A DNA stretch of 60,277 nt, taken from the IMG/VR virus record IMGVR_UViG_3300012231_000011, positions 1-60,277 of that record. One strand, given 5' to 3'. The notes beneath the pieces are model-generated. The model saw only the letters and a program-made list of their open reading frames with translations. It was not told where the DNA came from and searched no databases. This stretch comes from a virus (lineage: Duplodnaviria; Caudoviricetes). The position numbers and the translations under genes are program-made. Positions 20,601 through 29,356 of this stretch are shown piece after piece (position 1 is the first letter of the stretch; every line of letters starts with the position of its first letter).

Positions 20601-22227
20601 TCAGAAGTTCGCCTCGGACCCGGCGTACGCATCTCGGCTTCGTCGTCGAGCACTTCGCAATTGCCGGAAGAATGGTGCGACCGGTCTGCTGGGGTACAAT
20701 GGCAGTGAGCAGCATTTGGCGAAGTTGGTTGAAATGAACTCGTCCGACAAGTATGCCGGGTATCGTGCTAACCGTAGCGCTGCGGCGGTGCGTAATGGTA
20801 AGAAGTTCGGCGCGAGAAACTTCGCCGACTACAACGAGAGTGGTAAGCATAGTGCGGCGGTGAGCGGGGATAAGAGCGGGCGGTGGCGTGGGGAGGTTAC
20901 CGTAGCGGATGTACTAGCTGCTGCTCCATTGGTGTCTGGGGTCTATGCCCTCGCTCGCCGACTGCGGTGCGGCTACAACGCGGTTGTGACTCGTCTGCGC
21001 ATGGCCGGATTGTCACCGCGCACGGCAGGCGTGAAGTTTGGATGGCGGCAGGCCGGTTGTGGGGGGCGTCCGCGGAAGAAGGCTCTCAACCACAAGGTCG
21101 TGTCCGTTGTCTGTGTACATCTGGAACAGCCTGTTCCGGTGTACGACATCACGGTAGAAGACACGCACAACTTCGCGCTTGCTGCTGGCGTGTTTGTTCA
21201 CAATTCCGCGAACGTCGGGGACATCCACGACGTGGAGTACGCAGTCAACAAGCTGGCGGGCGACCTGCGTGTACCCAAGGCGTTCTTCGGGTTCGAGGGT
21301 GATCTCAACTCGAAGTCCTCCCTGCTCGCGCAGGACATTCGCTACGCACGCACGGAGAAGACACTGCAGCGCGCCGTGCGTTACGGCGTCACACAGCTCT
21401 GCCGGATCCACCTCGCACTCCGCGGCATGAATCCGAAGATGAACAAGAACAAGTTCACGGTGTGCATGTCGCCGATCTCGTATCTCGACGAGATGCAGCG
21501 CGCGGAGCTCTTCAACTCGCGTGTCGAGCTGGCGGGACAGATGCTCGGTCTCGCGAACGAAGAGTTCTCGAAGGGTGACTGGACGCGCTTCGTCCTCGAA
21601 GACTTCCTCCGGCTCACGAAGCAGCAGACTGCGCGCTTCGTGCCTTGGAAGGAGCCGCAGGATCCGAATGCGGCCATGCCGGGTGGGGGAATGGACATGG
21701 GCGCAGGCGGACCGCCGGTTCCTGGTGGGGCTCCTCCGATGGGAGACGCTCCGACCCTCCCTCCTGGAGATGGTCCTGCGGTCTCGCGGGATCAGGCATT
21801 CGCGAATCCGGATCTTGGGACGATGGGCCCTCCGGACACGGGAATGCCGGAGCCCGGCGTCGACAACACGCTGGATCTCATGGCGAGCAGGAATCGTGCG
21901 CCGGACTCTCTCGCTTCGTTTGTGGACGCGCCGCGGATGCAGGAGCACATCGAGATCTCGGAGCGCGAGGGGTCGCTGCCTGATCGCGCCACGCTGGCTC
22001 CGGGCGAGTTGATCTTCGACTTGGCGCGTGAGGAGTCTGCCTATGCGAGCACCGTCAAGCCGCAGAATGCGGATGATGTTGTCGCCGAGTTCGCCAAGAA
22101 CCACCGTACGCAGGAAGGTCGTCCGTGCCCTGCGCCTCGTGCCAAGCGTATGGCTCGCGGGGGGCATGAGTACATCCTCTGCGAGGGGTGCAACATGATC
22201 GCGGAGCTCGAACGTGGAGTCGCGTGA
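17668..22227 (+). CDS. Portal protein (T4 gp20-like) containing two inteins; about 693 aa after splicing
   Basis: Exteins: [53 protein letters not shown]..KL...LRVPK, QDIRYAR; Pro/Gly-rich C-terminal tail. Confidence 0.92.
   Translation: [1519 protein letters not shown]
18013..19221 (+). mobile_element. Intein 1 (403 aa) with HNH endonuclease domain
   Basis: N-terminus CFTGDTKV, block B [26 protein letters not shown], C-terminus [22 protein letters not shown] followed by +1 Ser. Confidence 0.93.
19936..21204 (+). mobile_element. Intein 2 (423 aa) with HNH endonuclease domain
   Basis: N-terminus CFTGDTKI, block B RCTPDH, HNH IIHH...[10 protein letters not shown], C-terminus [22 protein letters not shown] followed by +1 Ser. 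Confidence 0.93.
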
Positions 22228-22621
22228 CCTTTTCGGCGAAGTGCGTGCTGCGCTTCGCAAGCGAAGGGATCTGCTTGGGCCTGTGGAGCCGGGCAAGCGC
22301 GACAAGCGTGAGTGTGAGCTGGCGACTCTTTTCGTTGAGACACTCTCGAAGGTGGCCCACAATGTCCTCTCTGAGGGTGATCAACTCCGGCTCCCGAACT
22401 TCTGCGACATCAGTCCGGTCTTCAACAAGCCGGGGGAGCTCACCTTCTCGTTCACCGTCCGTGACCGATTCGCACGCGAGGTTCGCCGCTGCATGGCGCG
22501 CAGCGGGCTCTGGGGGAAGGACATCGAACCCGGAAGTCTTCGTTCAGACGGTGATGGACGCGCCTCTGTGGCAGCGACGAATGAAGACCGTCTACCGTAC
22601 GCTGTTCGATTCGGCGCATAG
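22214..22621 (+). CDS. Hypothetical protein
   Basis: ORF overlapping the portal 3' end, consistent with gene packing. Confidence 0.5.
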   Translation: MESRDLFGEVRAALRKRRDLLGPVEPGKRDKRECELATLFVETLSKVAHNVLSEGDQLRLPNFCDISPVFNKPGELTFSFTVRDRFAREVRRCMARSGLWGKDIEPGSLRSDGDGRASVAATNEDRLPYAVRFGA

Positions 22622-22654
22622 CCAACCGCGCAGCGGACTGACGAGGATGAGTCT

Positions 22655-23137
22655 ATGGCGGCGCCGCATCTCCCCGATCCTTCGTTCCCTGGTCGTTCGC
22701 GCGGTGATCATCGAGTCATTCCAGCGCCTGCGCGCGACCGATCCTTGGTCCCAGTCGAAGCTCCTCCTCCGCCGTCATTGGGAGGAGAGCCTGAAGCAGC
22801 GGAAGTGGGAGCCGGGGTGGGAGACGTTCAGCCAGCTCGTGCGGGCGACGCTGATCGACGCATGTACGTCCGTATCCAAGACAGCTCCGCCGTTGCGCCT
22901 CTCGACGAAGTCGAAGGCGGAGCTCCACACGCATCGGTCACCGCGCTCCAGGACGGAGTAGTCCTCCTGCAGCATGGGCCGACGCAGGTCCTCGGGCGCG
23001 TCAGCCTCACGTGGCAAAGCGCGCTCAAGGTGATCGCCTGCTGCATCCAGATGGCGGAGTCGGAACTCGGCAGGGAGTCGGTCTCCCTGACGTTGGCAGC
23101 GCATCTCAGGAAGCTCGGAGTAGGAGAGTTGACATGA
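22655..23137 (+). CDS. Hypothetical protein
   Basis: Stop overlaps the next ATG (ATGA). Confidence 0.5.
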   Translation: MAAPHLPDPSFPGRSRGDHRVIPAPARDRSLVPVEAPPPPSLGGEPEAAEVGAGVGDVQPARAGDADRRMYVRIQDSSAVAPLDEVEGGAPHASVTALQDGVVLLQHGPTQVLGRVSLTWQSALKVIACCIQMAESELGRESVSLTLAAHLRKLGVGELT

Positions 23138-23493
23138 AGTGGATCGTTCTCGTGGTACTCAGCGTCGGCATGTTGCCGGGCTGCACGATGTTCGAGTCGT
23201 CGCAGCGCACGAAGGCAATGGCCGACGGCGTCACCGGGATCTCGCAGGAGTACGGCTCGGTCGCGGACGCGTTCGATGCGCAGCTCACGCAGCTGATCTC
23301 GAAGAACTCGACCAATCCTGCGGCGGTGCAGAGCCTGACCAACATCAAGGCTCAGGTGCAGGCAAGTCGGACGCGTGTCGCTGCGCTTCAGTCGGACCTC
23401 ATGAACGTCATCAACACCTCGGGGTTGGACGCTGACGTGAAGGTGCAGCTGATCGACGTGCTCGTGTCGTTGAAGAAGAACAACCAGAAGTGA
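23134..23493 (+). CDS. Lipoprotein with coiled coil (possible spanin or membrane protein)
   Basis: MKWIVLVVLSVGMLPG|C: signal peptide plus lipobox. Confidence 0.65.
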   Translation: MKWIVLVVLSVGMLPGCTMFESSQRTKAMADGVTGISQEYGSVADAFDAQLTQLISKNSTNPAAVQSLTNIKAQVQASRTRVAALQSDLMNVINTSGLDADVKVQLIDVLVSLKKNNQK

Positions 23494-23500
23494 GGGAAGC

Positions 23501-23725
23501 ATGACGCCCATCGACATGAGTGGACTCGCCAACGTCAACCTGGATGGGTGGACGGAGGCAGACAATCAGGCGGTGCTCGCGAACTTCCGCGGCATCCCGG
23601 ATGACAAGCTGCAGCAGATGCGGACTGCGCTGCAGAGCGTGGCCCAGGCCCAGGAGATGGGCAAGGAGGCCCTGAACAACATCGTGCTTCTGAGTCAGTT
23701 CGCGAAGCTCTTCTTGCTGGCGTAA
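23501..23725 (+). CDS. Hypothetical protein
   Basis: SD GAGGG, tight packing. Confidence 0.6.
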   Translation: MTPIDMSGLANVNLDGWTEADNQAVLANFRGIPDDKLQQMRTALQSVAQAQEMGKEALNNIVLLSQFAKLFLLA

Positions 23726-23728
23726 CCC

Positions 23729-24133
23729 ATGGTCAACGTCACGGCGGCGGTGGATCTGATCGATTCGGGTACGGGCGACATCGAAGTGCCGGCAACGACG
23801 CCGGGAGTCGTCCAGCAGACTACGGGGCCTGTCTCCGAGCTGCGTCTCCAGGTCACATTCAGTCCATCGACTGGTCCGGTGACGAGGTGGGTAGTTCCGT
23901 CAGAGGTTCTCTTCGAAGATGGCAAACTCGGCCTCGCTCGCGCGTACTACATCGGACGCACGTTGTCCGTCGATGATCTTCGCTACTCGGGAACGTCGGC
24001 AGACTTCACCGGGCGCTTGGGTGAGGGGAAGATCATGACGGCGGGCGTGGTCGAGTTTGCCTTTGGAGACGGTACGGTCCTGCGGCTGCGCAACAACCGG
24101 AACAGCGGCGACCTCGACATCGAGATGTACTGA
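23729..24133 (+). CDS. Hypothetical protein (possibly virion)
   Basis: Beta-rich composition, tight packing. Confidence 0.55.
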   Translation: MVNVTAAVDLIDSGTGDIEVPATTPGVVQQTTGPVSELRLQVTFSPSTGPVTRWVVPSEVLFEDGKLGLARAYYIGRTLSVDDLRYSGTSADFTGRLGEGKIMTAGVVEFAFGDGTVLRLRNNRNSGDLDIEMY

Positions 24134-24426
24134 TGGATACCTCTCGTGGCATGGACCCTGAGCTGCGCTTCCAGCAGTACTGGGAGAAGAACGAGGGTGG
24201 GCTGCGAGAAGTGACCCCGGAGTCGTTGGACATCTACAACCACTCTCGGCTTGCGTTCTTGGCGGCGTTCGACATGGCGGTGCAGGTCGTACGAGATGAG
24301 AAGGTCGTCGTGCGCGTGGCGAATGTGAATGGGCAGCCGTTCACACTGGAAGATGCGAATCGCACGCGCGAGCGCATGCTCGAATCGCTCGGCGCTCCTA
24401 CGATCCCTCCAGACAAGCAACCCTGA
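24133..24426 (+). CDS. Hypothetical protein
   Basis: TGATG overlap with previous gene. Confidence 0.55.
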   Translation: MDTSRGMDPELRFQQYWEKNEGGLREVTPESLDIYNHSRLAFLAAFDMAVQVVRDEKVVVRVANVNGQPFTLEDANRTRERMLESLGAPTIPPDKQP

Positions 24427-24470
24427 CGTAAGTGCTGAGGCTCTAGGTTAGAGCCCGCTGGGAGCTGATC

Positions 24471-27146
24471 ATGCAATGTGGTGTTCTTCCTGCGACCTCC
24501 GTCGAGGTCGGTGAGTACTCGGGCCGATCGACCACGGTGCCGACGCCCGTATCGTTCGGAGTCGTGTTCAAGCAGGGCGAGATCGTCGGACCGAACATCG
24601 TTCCGCTCTGGAATGGTACTCAGGTCCAGGCGCAGGTCGACGTGCTCTCGACGTGGCCTGACAGCACGGTGAAGCACGCACGCATCTCCTTCCTCGCGCC
24701 GGCCATCCTCGCGAACTCGATCAACGCCGTCACGCTGCAGGGCGGCGCGCCGTCGCAGCCGAGCCAGTTCATCGCGAATGTCACGAGCGATGACGTGTAC
24801 AACTTCCTGAACGTCCAGTCGACGACGGGAGGGGTCGACTTCTTCTCGCTCGTGAATCAGACCACGGCCTCGGCGCTGATCGCCGACGCCGTCGCACAGA
24901 ATCCCAACGCGACGGCCCCTGCGGGCTTCAAGCGCAACGCGTTCGGGAAGATCGTGTGCGAGTACGAGAAGTTCATCCCGTTCCAGACGGCCGGTGGCTT
25001 CGTCCATCCGTGGATCAAGACGCTGGTGCGCATCCGCCTGTGGTCGCAGTGGCGCGGCGCGTTCATCGACTGGTCGATCGAGAACAGTCCGGTCCCGAAC
25101 AGCTCGTCGCAGACCTGGGTCAACGGCACGAACTACGGATCGATGCAGTTCAACTTCATCCGCCTCGTCGTTGGCAACGCTGCGCAGCTCGTGCGCTACA
25201 ACTACACAGGGTTCCCGTCGGTCGGGAGCAACTGCAAGATCCTGACGGACACGCGCTGCCGCATCTCCGGCTGGACGAAGGACAACGGAGGCTCCGGCAA
25301 TGGTGGCCCGGCGCCGATGCTGTACACGATCCAGGACTTCCGGTACCTCGCGGACAATCTGATCGTTCCGAAGTACGACTACAACAACCCGATCGACGGC
25401 ACGACGCTCGGCGCCTATACCCTGCAGGTGGCAGGCGAGCGGAAGTTCGGCGTGAGTGAAGATCTCACTGCGAATCCGAACGGCATGCCGTACCTGACCG
25501 ATCCGCTCCGGCAGCAGATGGATGGCACGGGTGGATCCGCCGACCGCGGCCCGCTCTGCACGTGGGACATCTACATACTCAACTCGCAGGGGTCGGTCAA
25601 TCGAGCGAACGCCTGGAAGGTCAGCTATGCGGCGTCTTCGAATGCTGCTGGAACGTACGGCGGCACGGGTGGTAGCCCTGCAGGAGACAAGACGATCCAC
25701 GCGCGCGATCCGGTGACGAACGCTCCTGGCATTCCGGGAGCTTCTGGAGCAGTGTCGGGCTGCCGCACGCAGGTTTGGGGAAACAACGCCTGGAAGAATC
25801 AGACTGCCGACAACTACACAACGTCGCACATCGATTGGGGACACACGCCCAATCTTGCATACGTCATGTGGATGCTGACGGCGGAGTCGTGGTTCGCGGA
25901 GGAGCTCTGCTTCTGGGGCGTGCGTGCCTCCTATCGTGGCTTGAGCGGTGCGAATGGGTCGGGTGCTCATGCCGTCGTCGCTCCGGTCATCCTCTTCGGT
26001 GACCGCTACGGGGGCTGGCCGCTGCGCGACTCTTCGAACGCCGCGTTCCTCCTGCCGGACAACTACTACTACGCACCCGGTCAGTATTGCGGTGCGAACG
26101 GTGAAGACACGATTCGTGGTGTGCCGTACGCGGCCGTCAAGAACACGATGGAGTTCGTACGGCAGTTCCGAGACGAAGGCCTGGAGCCTCTACACTTGTC
26201 GGTTACGGTGCGGGACAGCTCGATCGTCTATTGGGGTGGGCAGGAGGCGGGTGGCCGCAGGGACTTCCAGTGCGGCGTGCAGAGCTCGCCCTGGGCGAAT
26301 GCGTACTTCATCTGGTCACTGTTCCAGATCTGGGGCTACTTCCGCTCGAAGAACGACTCGGTTGGTACGAACGCAGAGCGGAACTACGACTGGTACAGCC
26401 ATCAGTACGTCTATGTCTACGTCGATCCGCGGGAGCATCCTGAGTACCACCAGCGCAACGGATTCGCCTGCTACTTCGATACGAACACGCAGGCGCTTGT
26501 GGACTACGCGATCACGTACCGCGTCAATGATTGGGCCTTCTCTGCTCCCGACACCGTAACCACGGTGGACTGGGCGCAGCAGACGGTGGGCCTGCCGGTG
26601 CCGTTCGATCGGCGTCTCTTGTGGCTCTCGGTCTACAGCTCGCCGGTCGCGGTCTATGACTCGACGCCGGATGCTTCGAAGGCGGGCTGCGGCAAGCTCG
26701 TATCGTCCTCGCTGCGTCCGCTCTCGAACCTGGGCGAGCTCGCGTGGTACACCGCGGTCAATGTGGACCTGCAGTTCAACGCGGGACCTCCGCAAAGCGT
26801 CTCATGCCCGATCACGAGCAGCCAGTGTGCGCTGCCGCAGGTCGATTGGAACAACAACAGCAAGACGCCGCCCTGGCCTCCGCAGGCGTGGCGAGTCTGT
26901 GGTTGGACGGGTGATGATGCTTCGGGGGCGCACTTCCATGACGTGGTGTCGGCGGGACAGCAGTCGAATGGTTCGTACTTCTTCCACTTTGCGGTTCCGT
27001 GCATGTCGACCTTCCAATCGATTCGTGGCGACGCGACGGGACTCGCGGCTGCGAATGCGTGTTGGTCGTATCTTTACCCACACGCCCTCGATGAGTGTGG
27101 GAGGACGAGCCCCGCGTCGCATCGCGGAACGATCATGATTCCCTGA
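24471..27146 (+). CDS. Large polysaccharide-lyase-like protein (N-terminus resembles PcRGLX/YetA)
   Basis: PVSFGVVFKQGE...QVDVLSTWPDSTVKHARISF; aromatic/Asn/Gly-rich body with DRGPL and DWGHTP. Confidence 0.5.
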   Translation: MQCGVLPATSVEVGEYSGRSTTVPTPVSFGVVFKQGEIVGPNIVPLWNGTQVQAQVDVLSTWPDSTVKHARISFLAPAILANSINAVTLQGGAPSQPSQFIANVTSDDVYNFLNVQSTTGGVDFFSLVNQTTASALIADAVAQNPNATAPAGFKRNAFGKIVCEYEKFIPFQTAGGFVHPWIKTLVRIRLWSQWRGAFIDWSIENSPVPNSSSQTWVNGTNYGSMQFNFIRLVVGNAAQLVRYNYTGFPSVGSNCKILTDTRCRISGWTKDNGGSGNGGPAPMLYTIQDFRYLADNLIVPKYDYNNPIDGTTLGAYTLQVAGERKFGVSEDLTANPNGMPYLTDPLRQQMDGTGGSADRGPLCTWDIYILNSQGSVNRANAWKVSYAASSNAAGTYGGTGGSPAGDKTIHARDPVTNAPGIPGASGAVSGCRTQVWGNNAWKNQTADNYTTSHIDWGHTPNLAYVMWMLTAESWFAEELCFWGVRASYRGLSGANGSGAHAVVAPVILFGDRYGGWPLRDSSNAAFLLPDNYYYAPGQYCGANGEDTIRGVPYAAVKNTMEFVRQFRDEGLEPLHLSVTVRDSSIVYWGGQEAGGRRDFQCGVQSSPWANAYFIWSLFQIWGYFRSKNDSVGTNAERNYDWYSHQYVYVYVDPREHPEYHQRNGFACYFDTNTQALVDYAITYRVNDWAFSAPDTVTTVDWAQQTVGLPVPFDRRLLWLSVYSSPVAVYDSTPDASKAGCGKLVSSSLRPLSNLGELAWYTAVNVDLQFNAGPPQSVSCPITSSQCALPQVDWNNNSKTPPWPPQAWRVCGWTGDDASGAHFHDVVSAGQQSNGSYFFHFAVPCMSTFQSIRGDATGLAAANACWSYLYPHALDECGRTSPASHRGTIMIP

Positions 27147-27190
27147 TCGAAATCCGGGCTCACTCGTGGTGAGTGCCGGGCCTTGTTGCG

Positions 27191-27230
27191 AGGTCGGCCG
27201 GTTTGGACCCCCTGATCGGCCGACCTTTTT
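27191..27230 (+). terminator. Rho-independent terminator
   Basis: AGGTCGGCCG...CGGCCGACCT followed by TTTT, after the 891-aa gene. Confidence 0.7.
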
Positions 27231-27261
27231 GGGTAGGTGTAGTGCGGAATCCGATCGTGTA

Positions 27262-27291
27262 TTGACAGTGGGTACCTCCGCGTGTCAAGAT
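27262..27291 (+). promoter_or_regulatory. Sigma70-like promoter
   Basis: TTGACA-N18-CAAGAT with TG extension; spacer begins GTGGGTACC. Confidence 0.5.
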
Positions 27292-27317
27292 GGTTCCTGT
27301 ACCCAAAGAGGTGCCCC

Positions 27318-27530
27318 ATGGATGCGACTCGACTCCGTCGGCTTCGCACGGCCCTGCGCATGACACATGCGCGCGCGGGTCACTGCGTCTACTTCGCCGA
27401 GGCGGCCCGCAGCCGGCACTGGCGCGTCCGCGCGACGTGCTGGGAGCGGCGCGAGGAGCGGCTCTTCGCGCTCGTCGAGGCAGCGTCGCGGCTGGCTCCC
27501 TGGGACACCCGCGTCCTGGTCGCGAGCTGA
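27318..27530 (+). CDS. Small basic hypothetical protein
   Basis: GAGG SD, downstream of the promoter. Confidence 0.45.
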   Translation: MDATRLRRLRTALRMTHARAGHCVYFAEAARSRHWRVRATCWERREERLFALVEAASRLAPWDTRVLVAS

Positions 27531-27532
27531 CG

Positions 27533-27763
27533 GTGCGGTGCTCCTGGCCGGAGTGCCCAAAGCGCTCCATCAACCTGACCTACCGGGGAAAGCCCCTCTG
27601 CCGCCGGCACTGGAAGGAGGGCTGCGGGATGCGCCTGCGCCGCTTCCTGCGCGTGCTGGAGCTCGAACCGTGCCCACTGTCGGAGGCGCGCTGCAGCCTC
27701 GTCCTGCGCCCCTGGCCGCCGAGCTCTGATTCCGCACAGTCCGCCCCCGCGGCCGCGTCGTAA
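27533..27763 (+). CDS. Small Zn-finger-like protein
   Basis: CSWPEC...LCRRH. Confidence 0.45.
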   Translation: MRCSWPECPKRSINLTYRGKPLCRRHWKEGCGMRLRRFLRVLELEPCPLSEARCSLVLRPWPPSSDSAQSAPAAAS

Positions 27764-28113
27764 CCGACGCCGGCCAAGGGACTTACCTCGGGGACTGTAG
27801 GTGTGATAGGCATCCTCTAGACGAGGATGCGTGTACACACTCGCCCCCGACGCGCTCACAACATGGTGTTGGCCACCTGTTACTCCGGTAGTGGGTGGCC
27901 TTTCGCCTAGCTGGGACGTGAACGGGGAGAGTGTCTCCCGAAACGAACAGTAAGTGGACGATCCCCGCCTCGGCCTACCTCCTCCGGTCTCGCGTGTACC
28001 CACCATACATGCCGACCGTACTCCTCCTCCGGGCCTGAGGCGGGGATCGTTCTTTTCTGGTGTGTACATCCTGGCGGAGCAGGTCCAACACTCCGACTCG
28101 TGTGGAGCTCTAC

Positions 28114-28959
28114 ATGCCGATGCGTGAGACCGCCCTCGGTCTGCACATCAGCGACACGGGTGTGTACAGCGACGTGTGGCTCGGCAGCAACGTCGACTAT
28201 CGCATCGCCGGGTCGCAGATCGGATTGACCAGCACGTCCGTGACCGGGACTTTCCTGTCCAAGACGGACAGCGGACGCCGCGACTGCGTGTGGCAGCACT
28301 CCGATGTGTACCTGCCCGCGAACATCGACGGCGCAACCGGCACGGTGAAGGTGTCGTTCCTGTACTCAAACACGACCTACGACATCCAGGATGCAAGCCA
28401 ACGTGGGACGGTCCTTGGGCTTCTCTCGGACCCGAAGACGCAAGCGGAACTTCGCACTGAAGATGATGGCGTCGGGCGCTACCGGTATTGGTACTTCACG
28501 CTCATCAGCGCGAATGGCGGCCAAGATGCGTACGTCCAAGAGTGGGGTGCCACGCAGCTGGTGCGTCAGCCGGTGGAGGTGGGTGCGCTGGTGGTTCTCG
28601 CGACGGAAAGCGACGAGCTGAGTCCGCAGTCCGCGATCCGCTTCGCACGCAAGACGACGCCGACGCTCTCGTTCATCTACGCGAAGGCGCTCGACCTCGA
28701 AGACCGCTTCGACATCTCGGGTGCCTCGATCACGCTGCGCATCGCGCAGTCGGTCCGCACGGCACTCGCAGGAACCTTCCTGCTCGACTCGACGCCGCTG
28801 ACCATCGATGATGGACAGAACGGCGAGGCCTCGGTGCAACTCTCGGTGACGGATACCACGATCTCCGAAGGGATCTACGTCGCTGAGCTCACGTACGTCA
28901 ACGGTGGAACGACGCTGCGCCACGTGCTCCCGGTGGAGGTGGGCCGCTCGTTCGTTTGA
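28114..28959 (+). CDS. Putative virion protein with C-terminal BppU-like beta domain
   Basis: FDISGASITLRI...DDGQNGEASVQLSVTDT..EGIYVAELTY. Confidence 0.5.
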   Translation: MPMRETALGLHISDTGVYSDVWLGSNVDYRIAGSQIGLTSTSVTGTFLSKTDSGRRDCVWQHSDVYLPANIDGATGTVKVSFLYSNTTYDIQDASQRGTVLGLLSDPKTQAELRTEDDGVGRYRYWYFTLISANGGQDAYVQEWGATQLVRQPVEVGALVVLATESDELSPQSAIRFARKTTPTLSFIYAKALDLEDRFDISGASITLRIAQSVRTALAGTFLLDSTPLTIDDGQNGEASVQLSVTDTTISEGIYVAELTYVNGGTTLRHVLPVEVGRSFV

Positions 28960-28970
28960 GGGAGGAAGGA

Positions 28971-29291
28971 ATGTACTTCGAACTCTGGCTGCGCACCTAC
29001 GACTCCGGCAATCCGTCGGCTCTCGTGGCCCATCACGTCGTGCTGGGTGCGGAGCAGATCGGCCGGCTGCAGTTGAACTGCGCTGAGGATGCGGAGGTGG
29101 TGAGGCACGCGCTGCTCGGCACGCTGCAGACCATCGGGCAGGTGTTCGGATCGATCTCGAAGCAGCGCTACGAGACGGTCAAGGACTTCGCCGCCCGCGT
29201 GGAGAAGGCACGGCTGACTCTCGCCAGCGACATCCACGTCTCGGACGAGCTGACTTTCCAGAAGATCTACCCAGAGGCCGGCCCCTCTTGA
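28971..29291 (+). CDS. Hypothetical protein
   Basis: Strong SD GGAGGAAGG. Confidence 0.6.
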   Translation: MYFELWLRTYDSGNPSALVAHHVVLGAEQIGRLQLNCAEDAEVVRHALLGTLQTIGQVFGSISKQRYETVKDFAARVEKARLTLASDIHVSDELTFQKIYPEAGPS

Positions 29292-29315
29292 CAGGTGGGT
29301 ACCCACCGGTACCAT
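29288..29315 (+). promoter_or_regulatory. Sigma70-like promoter with a palindrome in the spacer
   Basis: TTGACA-N16-TACCAT; spacer holds the perfect palindrome GGTGGGTACCCACC (29294-29307). Confidence 0.6.
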
Positions 29316-29356
29316 GATGGGCTGAGTCCTGAAACCACGAATCAAGGAGGAAAGAG

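Noticed and set aside
22188-22961. 257-aa + strand ORF
   Set aside because: It overlaps two better-packed ORFs (22214-22621 and 22655-23137) and its first half is Ser/Arg-rich off-frame sequence. The 3' half cannot be fully excluded.
27911-27950. Hammerhead ribozyme (stem followed by GAAAC)
   Set aside because: The required CUGANGA core is absent upstream of the stem.
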